Of a stretch of 64,000 nucleotides of DNA, positions 11,768-25,300 are shown piece after piece. The stretch covers positions 124,001 to 188,000 of the forward strand of contig NIVC01000645.1 in assembly GCA_002269645.1 (NCBI GenBank), in the 5' to 3' direction. The first letter of the stretch is position 1; every line of letters starts with the position of its first letter. Under the pieces are notes generated by a model. It searched no databases. It saw only the letters and a list, made by a program, of their open reading frames with translations, and had not been told where the DNA came from. The position numbers and the translations under genes were made by a program. The stretch comes from Macrostomum lignano (lineage: Eukaryota).

Positions 11768-12905
11768 ATTGGATGGCATGAAATCCATGGATGGATAGAT
11801 TATGGTTATGGATAGTTACTTTTAAAAATCTAATTTTAAAATCACTAGCTTGGTACTTTATAATTTATATGTATTTATTTACCATGTAATGCGCACATAT
11901 CGTGCGGATTCATTTGATTTTAAGGGGCAGTTGGAGCAAAACGAATACTCAAGTCTGAAGAAGCTTAACACTTAACAGGCCTAAAAAGCAAGCCTGAAAT
12001 CCAAAATGGCGTGAATGGTGACTGAACCAGTCCTTTTTTTAAATATTATTTGAAAGAGTATTGACAAATAAATATTAAACATATCTCATATTATCATCAC
12101 ATCACATATTAAAATGACCACTGCACTGTCATGCATAGTTAGTAGGCCCCCCCCTAGTATCAATTTAGGATAGTTAGACGTTAGTCATTGATATATTAAT
12201 AAGTACAACTACAAGTGCACAGTTAAATCTAAAGTAAAAATAAAATCCAAATCAAATGCAATGCATAATTATAAGTAGCTACCTTACAAATGCAATAATT
12301 CATGTTTTTAAAGATTTTTTACGTTTATTAGTTATTGATTCATGATTTCTTAACATAAAAAGCCCTTTTGGTACAACTAATTGTTGGGGCTAAGGTAAAA
12401 AGAGCAATAGATCAAAAAGTCAACAGTCAGAATGGTAATAGTCAAAAGGATGACAATCATAATATTATTATAATTACAAGTGCACATTAGACTTCTATAT
12501 ATTTAAAATTTATTTGTTAATGTTGAAATGTATAAATAGTTAAAATTAGGCCTAGACTTATGTGTGCATATTTGTTAACTTTTATAAATTTTACAAGTAG
12601 TAATAATATAAATTTGCAATCTATTTTATGATTTTATAAAAAGTTAGTATATAAATAAACAACTGGAATACAAGCCACTCCAGTAACAGCCACTTTAGTA
12701 ACAAAGTAGATTTACAATTATTAATACTATATTTCTGTGGTAATTAAATTTAGTAACACTTAGTTTATTAATTAATATCTCAAATATTGTATTTCCATAT
12801 ATAGTTTAATGTTCTAGTAAGTTGTATTATAATTTGTTTAAACTTTTGAATTAGGCCTAACTTTATGATAAATTTGAAGGCAAAGAAAATTAAGCTAAGT
12901 CTCTG

Positions 12906-14159
12906 TATGTGAGTGTTCCTTGACAGATTCCTTGATAGATATGAAATAATGTTTTGAGATGCATTCTTTACTCTGACGCCGTATTTAGTTTTAAAATTTT
13001 GTAGACAAAAAATTTGTCTTCAAGAAAAAAACATTGGTACGAATGCAAAGTGTGTCAAAACAATTTTATTATGCATTCCTTACAAAAAATTCTCAGGCCA
13101 AAGAACTTATGAAGTAATGGTGGCAATGAATTTTTTGTCAGTTTCTGATGCATGTCTCAGCTTTGCAGTGATATCTTAGACACATGTCTGACCTTTGTAT
13201 TTCCTGAGATATCTGCTTCCAAAGTGTGCTTTTTGTGAGTCATGCATCATCTGTACCAAGACCAACCAAAACTTTGACTTATTGCTTCGTCTCTATGCTT
13301 CAATCATTTGCTCTGAAACTTCTATCACTTCTTGACATGTCTCAGATTTGCAATGACATCTTAAACACATGTCTGACTTTTATATTTCCTGGGATATCTG
13401 CTTCTAAAATGTGTGTTCCGTGGGTTATTTCTATATCTCTCGCTGCATCTTTTGCTTGCATACTACGAGACACGCAATCAAACACATTATTGGTTTGCAT
13501 ATTTCTTGAGATATTTTCTAAGCTTTTGGGTTCAAAATGACACCTTAAGTACATAGAGTCACCTAGCTTTTTTGTGTTATTCATGAACAATGTCTGTTTC
13601 TTGGCAAATTTGGTGGCAAAAAGTTACTGTCAACATAAGTTTATTGTAAAGTAGTTTCTCAAAACAATTAATAATAACTTATTAGAAACAACTGTATTTG
13701 TGTAAATGTCTTGTACTATGTATAGATAATTGCAATTAGTATTGTAGTTGAGGGGAAAGGACAAAGGTCAAAGTTTTGGTTGGTCTTGGTATGGATGATG
13801 CATGACTTATAAAAAGCACACTTTGGAAGCAGATATCCTGGGAAATACAAAAGTCAAACATGTGTCTCAGATGTCACTGCAAAGCTGAGACATGTGTCAG
13901 AAAATGACAAAAAATTCATTGCTACTGTTACTTCATAAGTTCTTTGGCATGAGATTTTTTTATAAGGAATGCATGATCAAATTTGTTTTGACACACTTTG
14001 TATTCGTACCAATGTTTTTATTTAAGACATTAAATTTTTGTCTACAAAATTTTAAAACTAAATACAACGTCTAAGTAAAGAATGCATCTCGAAACATTAA
14101 ATCATTTTTGTTTGAATTCTGTTCAAATGTGAAAATATCTGTTGGGGAACCCTCACATA
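12906..14159. mobile_element. Foldback-type element, copy B (perfect 7-bp TSD GTCTCTG)
   Basis: Paralog of 2026-3465, lacking one 186-bp internal unit. Confidence 0.8.
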
Positions 14160-14420
14160 GTCTCTGAGCCTGCAAAGTGTATATTGAAATTAAACATTTA
14201 AAATAATTTATGAAAAAAGTAGATTCCATAATTTTAAGTCACTATTCGCTAACTTAGAGATTCTTATGTATACAATATTTGGTCAATTACAAGATGTCTC
14301 AGTGCATGCATTTGAGTAATCTGGAAATTAAGTAGGTTAGTTTAAAACACTTTTAAATAAACAAGTTTAACAAATGCACATATGCATGTGTTTTTTTAAG
14401 TTTGTGTGCATATTCTTTTG

Positions 14421-15251
14421 CAGTGTGGGGCACCAGTCCATTAATAAGCATTAATGCATTAAAAAGCATTAATAAGTGTTAAGATTTTTCATTAACATTA
14501 ACAGAATGCTGTTAAGATTTTTTTAAACTAATGGATTAACAAATTTGCATTAATAATTTTGTGATGTAATGACAAATTCATTGTTAATGTTAATGACAAT
14601 GTCAATGACCAACAGCACAAAGAAAGAACAAAAATATAAGTCTGAAGAGAAGTTACAATATTACAGATATATTTGAATTTACCTAATTGCCCAATTAATT
14701 TCTATTTATGATGATGATCATGCAAATATAATAACTTCTTACTAATGAACTTTAATAATTAATTAAAATTGTGAACTTGCATGTGAGCATCAATCGCTTA
14801 TGATTCACTTCTCTCCCAATCTTTCATAACTTTTTGCTGCACCTGCTAATGAAACAACTTTCCTATTTATATTTTATTAACTAATTAGCTTTCAAGTTTA
14901 AAAAAATAAGTTAATTCTTTAACCATATGCTTACCCTTAGTAGTATTATACATACAAGTTTTTAAAAATTATTATTCATTATTTTTGAGTTTGTAAATTG
15001 CTTAAATGCCCTCTGTGTTTCGCTAAAAAGATAGAAAAGCAGACAGTGTATTTTGAAGTCTGTTTTGGAAAAAAGTGCAAGATTTCTGTATTTTCTATGT
15101 TAAATTTAATTGATTAATGCTTTTTAATGACTATCAGTTAACTTTAACAAAATTAAGAGTTAATAAATTAAGATTTTCTTGTTTTAATGCTAATGCTTTT
15201 GCCATTAATGGAAGTTAAGATTTTCATTAATGGTGATGGTGCCCAACACTG
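14421..15251. mobile_element. hAT-type MITE, copy B (TSD TTCTTTTG)
   Basis: Paralog of 3727-4558. Confidence 0.88.
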
Positions 15252-16217
15252 TTCTTTTGGAACATATCAATTAATACATATTGTTCATACTTGTTACCAA
15301 AGTGGCTGTTACTGAAATGGACTGCTATCAACAACTGTATTTTTGGCATCGTTTTTTATTTATATTGGTATAGAATTAATAAACTAAATTTTTACTCTAG
15401 CATATGTCCATCATTATCTAGACTTTAGTATATGTATATATATTATTGCATTTTAAATAATTGACTCTTCTAGGCTTAAGTATATAAAATATTATAGTTG
15501 TTTATTATTAAAGATTTTAACTCTTTCTAGAGCTATATGCTTTAACTATTATTTTTTTTATTTATAAAACCTACTAAATTTTGTTAAATCTAAGTAGGGA
15601 TAAGGTAGAATCCCATTCAACCCAAAAAATTGATATAACCTTTAATCAAAGCATATAAGGTTATTAAACTTACTTATAATCCTATTAAAGGCATAGCAGC
15701 TTAGTGTTAAATATATTAGACTATTAGGCCATAACCTTTTAGTATGATTTTATAGCTAATAGTCAGCAATCAATATGTATAGCCATATTAATGCTCAGCT
15801 TGTATGAATGAAAATGCACTAGTGGTTGCAATGTAACTCAGAACCATGATGGCCAAAGCACAGAGAGTTTATATGATTGACAATGAGAAAATGAAGGCTG
15901 GTATATACCTTGTGTATGAGTATATGTCTGTATACAATATTTATTGGCTTGTATATGCTCAAGGATGGGCAAAATAGGCAGAATTGCCTTAGCACTAGTT
16001 GTGGGACACAATGTCACTAAGGAATTGTGGCAGGGTGCCCATTCGAAAACTCTGTCATTCAAATTGAAGAAACTCACTTAGCATACTACTTCATACACTG
16101 CAGCTAGCATGCTTTGACAAGCCATGCCACTTGCTGGGCTAGGAGTTCTGTACATGGTGCCGCATCACCTCCTGAGACCATAGAAGAATTGAGTAGTGCT
16201 GCTCTAGGAGGGCCCCT

Positions 16218-16370
16218 ATGCAGACTGCACTCAAGCGACGCTCTCTGAGTTTCAATTCCTCCTCAGCCAGGTCCTCGCCGCGATCCAGCAGGCTGCGAAA
16301 TCCTCTCGGGTTTCTGACAATGTCCCCGGGACTGCCCAGTGTGGACGAGAACCTGTTCTACATGCGCAAG
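16218..16370 (+). CDS. NOSTRIN: Nostrin-like exon 1 (MQTALKRR...NLFYMRK)
   Basis: First ATG after an in-frame stop; donor AAG|GTGAGT, phase 0. An alternative ATG lies at 16320. Confidence 0.75.
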
Positions 16371-19300
16371 GTGAGTGTCCGGTTATGAATTTATGTATAT
16401 TGATGCTTTGCATTGGTTGACCTTTTCAAGTAGGGTCAGTATAGTAATGTGGGTATTATTGACATATCTGACTCCCCATGCGCCGGTTAAAGTTATATAG
16501 CTATTAGAATTAATAAATAGATGACGCCAATATAAACTGACACCAATTCAGACACTACTGACACCAATTCAGACACTACTGACACAAATTCAGACACTCC
16601 TGACACCAATTCAGACACTACTGACACAAATTCAGACACAACTGACACAAATTCAGACACAACTGACACCAATTCAGACACAACTGACACCAATTCAGAC
16701 ACAACTGACACAAATTCAGACACAACTGACACAAATTTAGACACTACTGACACAAATTCAGACACAACTGACACAAATTCAGACACAACTGACACAAATT
16801 CAGACACTCCTGACACAAATTCAGACACAACTGACACCAATTCAGACACTCCTGACACCAATTCAGACACTCCTGACACAAATTCAGACACTCCTGACAC
16901 AAATTCAGACACTACTGACACCAATTCAGAAGCAGAGCCGAATTTGTGTCTCTAGCAGTTAAAATTTGCTTGCGGAATTCACAGATGCCCGACAGTCTTC
17001 ACTGCAGCACCTGGACCACGCGAGCTGCTTGCGACAGACAAATCTCCTGCTTTCATTTTGCTATGTTGCCAGCGCATTGAACTTGGCTAACCAGTTCAAA
17101 TAGTTTTATCACGTTGTGCTTTTCTCTCTAATACACCCGCGTGATTTCGCTAACGCATAAATAACTGCCGATTGGAGTTTTGATAGAATTCAACTTTCGG
17201 TTGAAATAATTGGGCCAAAAAATATCGATTTCTTATCCGTGGACTGATTGAATAACTACTATAATAATAATTTAGTTCACTCTTATTACTATTTAATCTG
17301 TTATAATATTATTCACAGTATCGCGCAGTCAGTGCCGTGTCTCGGTTTGTGCATTTCTGTTCTGACTTAATAATCTGCTTCACCCATAGCTGGTCAGGTT
17401 GTTTTTCAACTTGTGGTTGAATCCTGCACTTGGTGTTTTAGCAGTTTATGGCCTCTTTGCTACTTTTTTCGGGAGCTTTTAGAAGTCCCCCGATATGCAT
17501 CGAAATATTTCTTTAAAAACAGTACAATGTTGTAGTTGTACTATGGTACAAAATTATGGCGATATGTATGGATAAGGCTATGATTTTATTTGCTATGCAT
17601 AGTATTCATGTAGCAGTATGTCGATATGTATCGATGACTTTGGTTAGGTGTAGTATACAACAGTGTGCCGATATGTATCGAAAACCAATAATTTTCATGG
17701 TTATTTATTGGGTGCAACATTTTGCCGATATGTACCGATAAGACTTTTTGTTCGGTTAGGTGTAGTATACAACAGTATGCCGATATGTATCGAAAACCAA
17801 CAATTTCATGGTTATTCACTGGGTGCAAAAGTGAATAGGCAATAGACATATCGACAGTATTCCGATATGTATCGAAAACCTACAAAATTTTTATAATTAG
17901 ATATTGGGTGCAACACTTTGCCGATATGTACCGATGACTTTTTGTTTGGTTAGGTGTAGTATACAACAGTGTGCCGATATGTATCGAAAACCAACAATTT
18001 TAATGGTTATATATATTGGGTCAGGGTGCAACAGAATGCCGATATGTATCGAAAAAAACATATGACTTCCAGGGCACCAACGGTTTTGAGGAGCTCAAAC
18101 GCTACATCAAGCAGGGCAACGACCTGTGCAAGGATCTGGCCGCTGTTCTGAACGAGCGATGCGAACTTGAGCAGAATTATGCTCGCAGTTTGAGCAAAAT
18201 CAGCCAAAAGATGAGCAAAGTGGCCTCTACCTGCGCTGGGTGAGTTTTATGAGACAATTTCTTTGTCTCCCCTGATGAATTTTCCCGGAATTCTGCTGAT
18301 TGATGCCCCCCAATCTGGGTCTCCATCGCCCGCAGCACTGTGGCAAACTCCTGGGGCTCGGTGGCCGAGGCCATGAAGCGGGAGGCGGAGGTCAGGCAGG
18401 AGTTCGCGTCCAACATGGCCGATGAGGTGGCCAAGCCGATGAAGAATCTTAGCGAGTCATTTCATAAGGCTCGGAAACCGGTGCGGGGCTGGGCTGGCGT
18501 GGTTTTGTGTGGCTGGATTTGTGGTTTTGTGTGAATGGATTTGTGGTTTTGTGTGGCTGGATTTGTGGTTTTGTGTGGCTGGATTTGTGGTTTTGTGTGG
18601 CTGGATTTGTGGTTTTGTGTGGCTGGATTTGTGGTTTTTGTGTGAATAGATTTGTGGTTTTGTGTGGCTGGATTTGTGGTTTTGTGTGGCTGGATTTGTG
18701 GTTTTGTGTGAATAGATTTGTGGTTTTTTGTGGCTGGATTTGTGGTTTTGTGTGGCTGGATTTGTGGTTTTGTGTGGCTGGATTTGTGGTTTTGTGTGAA
18801 TAGATTTGTGGTTTTGTGTGGCTGGATTTGTGGTTTTGTGTGGCTGGATTTGTGGTTTTGTGTGAATGGATTTGTGGTTTTGTGTGAATGGATTTGTGAT
18901 TTTGTGTGGCTGGATATGTGGTTTTGTGTGGCTGGATTTGTGCTTTTGTGTGAATGGATTTGTGGTTTTGTGTGGCTGGATTTGTGGTTTTGTGTGGCTG
19001 GATTTGTGGTTTTGTGTGACTGGATTTGTGGTTTCTGTGTGAATGGATTTGCGGTTTTGTGTGAATATGGATTTGCGGTTTTGTGTGAATGGATTTGCGG
19101 TTTTGTGTGAATATGGATTTGCGGTTTTGTGTGAATGGATTTGTGGTTTCTGTGTGAATGGATTTGTGGTTTCTGTGTAAATGGATTTGTGGTTTCTGTG
19201 TGAATGGATTTGCGGTTTTGTGTGAATGGATTTGCGGTTTTGTGTGACTGGATTTGTGGTTTTGTGTGAATGGATTTGCGGTTTTGTGTGAATGGATTTG

Positions 19301-22300
19301 TGGATTTGTGTGAATGGATTTGTGGTTTCTGTGTGAATGGATTTGTGGTTTTGTGTAAATAGATTTGTGGGTTTGTGTGAATGGATTTGTGGTTTTGTGT
19401 AAATAGATTTGTGGGTTTGTGTGAATGGATTTGTGGTTTTGTGTAAATAGATTTGTGGGTTTGTGTGAATGGATTTGTGGTTTCTGTGTGAATATGGATT
19501 TGTGGTTTCTGTGTGAATGGATTTGCGGTTTTGTGTGAATATGGATTTGCGGTTTTGTGTGAATGGATTTGCGGTTTTGTGTGAATGGATTTATGGTTTC
19601 GGTGTGCTCAATAACTCTCGCCCCCACCCCACCCGGACGCGGAGCAGATCGAGGCGCAGGTGGACAAGGCCGGCCGCACCCTGTTAGACAAGCGGTCTGA
19701 CGAGGCGGCCGCCAAGAAGAAGGCCCACACAGCCGCCAAGGACACCGAGAAGGCCTGGGACTCTCTGTCCGATGCCCGGATTGGAGGCAAGGGCGGCGGC
19801 AGCGGCGGCAGTGGAGACTCCAAAGCGGATAAGGAGTCCAATAAGGTAAATTTTCCCTGCTCAGCCTGTTTTGAGATAATTTTCCCTGCTCAGCCTGTTT
19901 TGAGATAATTTTCCTGTTCAGCCTGTTTTGAGATCATTTTCCCTGCTCAGCCTGTTTGGGGATCATTTTCCCTGCTCAGCCTGTTTGGGGATCATTTTCC
20001 CTTTCGCAGCTTTTGTTGGCTGCATCAACGGATACTTTCTGCCCACTCATCATGAGCTGCATGCGAGAGCTGAAATCCCAAATCCCATCACTCCCAGCAA
20101 GCCGACCTGCTCTGGGACCAGTTGAGCGCCAACTGCTCCAGTCTGCTTGGCCGAAGCAAACTTGAGCAGAAAGTAAGAAACTACTTGGCCTGAGTTTCAT
20201 CGTCACTGTGACACGCCTTTGTTTTTGGGAAATTTTGTTGGCGGTTTGGCAATGGTGGAGCTCCAGTGTACATCATTCACACCCAGTCCCACTCCAATGT
20301 ACATCATTCACACCCAGTCCCACTCCGATGTACATCATTCACACCCAGTCCCACTCCAATGTACATCATTCACACCCAGTCCCACTCCAATGTACATCAT
20401 TCACACCCAGTCCCACTCCGATGTACATCATTCACACCCAGTCCCACTCCAATGTACATCATTCACACCCAGTCCCACTCCAATGTACATCACTCACACC
20501 CAGTCCCACTCCAATTTACATCATTCACACCCAGTCCCACTCCAATGTACATCATTCACACCCAGTCCCACTCCAATGTACATCACTCACACCCAGTCCC
20601 ACTCCAATGTACATCACTCACACCCAGTCCCACTCCGATGTACATCATTCACACCCAGTCCCACTCCAATGTACATCATTCACACCCAGTCCCACTCCAA
20701 TGTACATCATTCACACCCAGTCCCACTCCAATTTACATCATTCACACCCAGTCCCACTCCAATGTACATCATTCACACCCAGTCCCACTCCAATGTACAT
20801 CACTCACACCCAGTCCCACTCCAATGTACATCACTCACACCCAGTCCCACTCCAATGTACATCATTCACACCCAGTCCCACTCCAATGTACATCACTCAC
20901 ACCCAGTCCCACTCCAATGTACATCATTCACACCCAGTCCCACTCCAATGTACATCACTCACACCCAGTCCCACTCCAATGTACATCACTCACACCCAGT
21001 CCCACTCCAATGTACATCATTCACACCCAGTCCCACTCCAATGTACATCATTCACACCCAGTCCCACTCCAATGTACATCATTCACACCCAGTCCCACTC
21101 CAATGTACATCATTCACACCCAGTCCCACTCCAATGTACATCACTCACACCCAGTCCCACTCCAATGTACATCATTCACACCCAGTCCCACTCCAATGTA
21201 CATCATTCACACCCAGTCCCACTCCAATGTACATCACTCACACCCAGTCCCACTCCAATGTACATCATTCACACCCAGTCCCACTCCAATGTACATCACA
21301 CACACAGTCCCACTCCAATGTACATCATTCACACCCAGTCCCACTCCAATGTACATCATTCACACCCAGTCCCACACTCCAATGTACATCACTCACACCC
21401 AGTCCCACTCCAATGTACATCATTCACACCCAGTCCCACTCCAATGTACATCACTCACACCCAGTCCCACTCCAATGTACATCACTCACACCCAGTCCCA
21501 CTCCAATGTACATCACTCACACCCAGTCCCACTCCAATGTACATCACTCACATACCTGTAGTAAGGACACATGACGTAATTGGTATATTTCTTCACTATT
21601 CCTCTTATTATTAAATTATCACACAAGGAAAGAGCTTTTATTTATGCATGTTAACTTTTTTATTCATTCCTTTGTCCCTGCAGCAGGAGAAGAAGTGCCG
21701 CAGCTCGCAGACGGCCCAGCTGAAATACGACAGGGATTATTATGACGCCTGCTTCCGAGCTGAACTGGCCCGGCTCGAATGGGAGGCAACCGTTGTCAAG
21801 GTAAACAAATTTATGTTTAATATGGTTTGAGCATCCGCTGTCAATGCAAACATTATGGTTGCTAAGGTCAGTGAGCCGTTGTCAATGTAAGCATTCACGG
21901 TTGCTGAGGCTAGTGAGCCGTTGTCAATGTAAACATTCACGATTGCTAAGGCTAGTGAGCCGTTGTCAATGTAAACATTCACTGTTGCTAAGGCTAGTGA
22001 GCCGTTGTCGATGTAAACATTCACGGTTGCTAAGGCTAGTGAGCCGTTTTCGATGTAAGTTTCGTGATATTTTCATACTGCACTGTCCTGTGCAGTGTTC
22101 GTTTTGGTTGATGCCTTATTTGTTGAACTGCTGCCGGCACGAATATCGCACGTCACGTGACTGTCTCGTGAGCTGTTAGCTACAAGTACAATTAGCTGGC
22201 TCTAACAGTCTTGTTTCTTGTTAACTATTGCTACAGCAGCTGTTGCCTGAGTATTGCGCATTAACTTAGCATAGCAGGGCCCTGCAGGCGCAATTCGAAT

Positions 22301-25300
22301 GCTTTGCAAACAGTTTTGGCGTGACTCGATTAGCGAATGAGTTGGAAATGTTTTAGCTGCCGCGGTCTATTACGAATTCGCAAGCTTTAGCAATAATCTC
22401 TGGTAGTTAATTATCGATAATCGTTAGCAAAAACTAATAGTTAATGATTTATAATCGTTAACAAAGCCCCGATAGTTACTTATTCATAGTTGTTAACGGA
22501 GCCTGGTAGTTAAGTGACGATAATCGTTTAACGAATCCCTGATAGTTAATTATCGATAATATTTAACAAGGCATTGATAGTTGATTATCAATAATCGTTA
22601 TCAAAGCCCCGATAATTAATTATTCATAGTCGTTAAAGGAGCCTGGTAGTTAACTATCGATAATCATTAACGAAGCCATGATACTTAATTATCGATAATC
22701 GTTAATAAGGCTCTGATCGTTAATTATTTATGACCGTTAAAAAATCCCTGATAGTTAATTATCGATAATCGTTAAATTACCTTTGATAGTCATGATTTAT
22801 GATAGTCAATTATCGATATGCGTTAATGAAGCCCTAATTTTACAGTCGTTAATAAAATCGTCATGATTAATTTTCCATGGCTTTTAATTCGTTAATATTA
22901 TTAATTAATTAAACCTGGTCCATTTCAGTTCAAAATTCCTTCCGCTTCATCCCGCAGGGCTCCGAGCAGCTGCAGGTGCTCGAAACCGACCGTTTGAGAC
23001 AGTCGCACGAGATGCAGAAAAAGCTACAGCACCAGCTGTCTCTGCTGGCGCCCGCTTTTGCCCAGCTGACTGACCGACTTGGACAGAGCCTACGGCAGGT
23101 GGACACGGAGGCCGACATCGGCATGGTTATTGAGCAGCGGGGCGCATTGCTGCAGACCAGCGAGCAGGTGAGGGCCAACTTAGGATAATCCAGTCAATGT
23201 ACATAGAAGAATCCATTCAGTGTACATAGGAGAATTCAGTCAATGTACATAGAAGAATCCAGTCAGTGTACATAGGAGAATTCAGTCAATGTACATAGGA
23301 GAATCCAGTCAGTGTACATAGGAGAATCCAGTCAGTGTACATAGAAGAATCCAGTCAATGTATATAGGAGAATCCAGTCAATGTACATAGGAGAATCCAG
23401 TCAATGTACATAGGATAATCCAGTTGATGTACATTAGAGAATCCAGTCAATGTACATAGGATAATCCAGTTGATGTACATTAGAGAATCCAGTCAATGTA
23501 CATAGGATAATCCAGTTGATGTACATAGGAGAATCCAGTTGATGTACATAAGAGAATCCAGTTGATGTACATTAGAGAATCCAGTCAATGTACGTAGGAG
23601 AATCCAGTTGATGTACATTAGAGAATCCACAATGTACATAGGAGAATACCCACTGCATTTAGGTTCTATTCGAGAGCTACGCCGAGGATTTGAACAACCC
23701 GATGGACAAGGGACGTCGCGAGTTCGCTCTTCGCACCTACGCGGGCTTCGTGTACGCCGATTTGGAGCGCGAGCTGAAAGGCAAAGAGGGCGTCGAGAAG
23801 CTGCTGGGAGTTTACGCAAGCGGCCCCGGCGGTTTCTCCGATGTAACCTCTCAGCGGGAGGCCTCTGAGAAACTGACGCACATCCTGGCCGTGGTGCAGT
23901 TCCTTGAGGCCAACCAGTACAAACTGGACTTGGCGCTGCACGCGCTCACCGGCGGCGACAAGCCGGTGTACCGCCTGGCGAGTTGTCTGGAACGGAGCAA
24001 AGACCGGCAGGTTTGTCCGGATGAAAGCCAACTCTGTTGCTAGGAGCGCGGTTGCTATCGGTTGCTATGGGTGTCAACTTTTTGCTGACGTCACACAATG
24101 GTTGATAGGGACGCTAAATTGGTTGCTATGGGCGCTAACCTGGTTACTAGGGTCGCTAAATTGGTTGCTATGGGCGCTAACCTGGTTACTAGGGTCGCTA
24201 AATTGGTTGCCATGGACGCTAACTTGGTTACTAGGGACGCAAACCTAGTTGCTAGAGGCGCTCTGTTGATACCCACACACTTGGATGCTAAGAACGCCAA
24301 CTAAGTTGTTAGAGCTCGAAATTGGTTGCTAGGGGCGCCAAAATGTTCGCTACTTAAGGCACGCAATGCGCTCGCCTTCCCGTCCGTCAAATAAAAAACT
24401 GGCTTCGTCTACCACAGGGCATGCCGCAGACCATTCTTCGCCTGGCGCCGCCCGCCCTGCGCCGGGCCCAGTCTGTTGCTTCCGCTTCCGGCGGCGGCCA
24501 GCCGTCCCCATCCCCTTCCGGCGCAGCAGCCGGCAGGCGGCACCCGCCGCTCAATCGAGGCGCTACAATCGCCGCGCCGGGAAACGGCGGCGGCGCCGCT
24601 GCCGCCTTCAGCTATGACGACATGTTTGACGATGGCACCTACGCCAGGATCGACACCTTGGCTGAGACCGACGGCGCCGCCTTGGCCTCCGTGCGGAGAA
24701 AGTCTGCAATGGTGGGTAGCTCACCGACCCACTCACTGAACCACTCACTGACCCACTCACTGACTCACTGACCCACTCACTGACTCACCGACCCACTCAC
24801 TGAACCACTCACTGACCCACTCACTGACTCACTGACCCACTCACTGACTCACCGACCCACTCACTGAACCACTCACTGACCCACTCACTGACTCACTGAC
24901 CCACTCACTGACTCACTGACCCACTCACTAACTCACCGACTCACTCACTGACCCACTCACTGACTCACTGACCCACTCACTCACTCACTGACCCACTCAC
25001 TCACTCACTGACCCACTCACTCACTCACTGACCCACTCACTCACTCACTGACCCACTCACTCACTCACTGACCCACTCACTGACTCACTGGCCCACTCAC
25101 TCACTCACTGACCCACTCACTCACTCACTGACCCACTCACTCACTCACTGACCCACTCACTGACTCACTGGCCCACTCACTCACTCACTGACCCACTCAC
25201 TCACTCACTCACTGACCCACTCACTCACTCACTGACCCACTCACTCACTCACTGACACACTCACTCACTCACTGACCCACTCACTCACTCACTGACACAC

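Larger units (their letters stand above)
12666..15329. mobile_element. Outer TIR element, copy B (TSD AACAACTG at 12658-12665 and 15330-15337)
   Basis: Paralog of 1786-4636. Confidence 0.7.
12232..18338 (+). repeat. Segmental duplication copy B (continuous with the intact gene)
   Basis: Matches 1347-8882. Confidence 0.97.
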
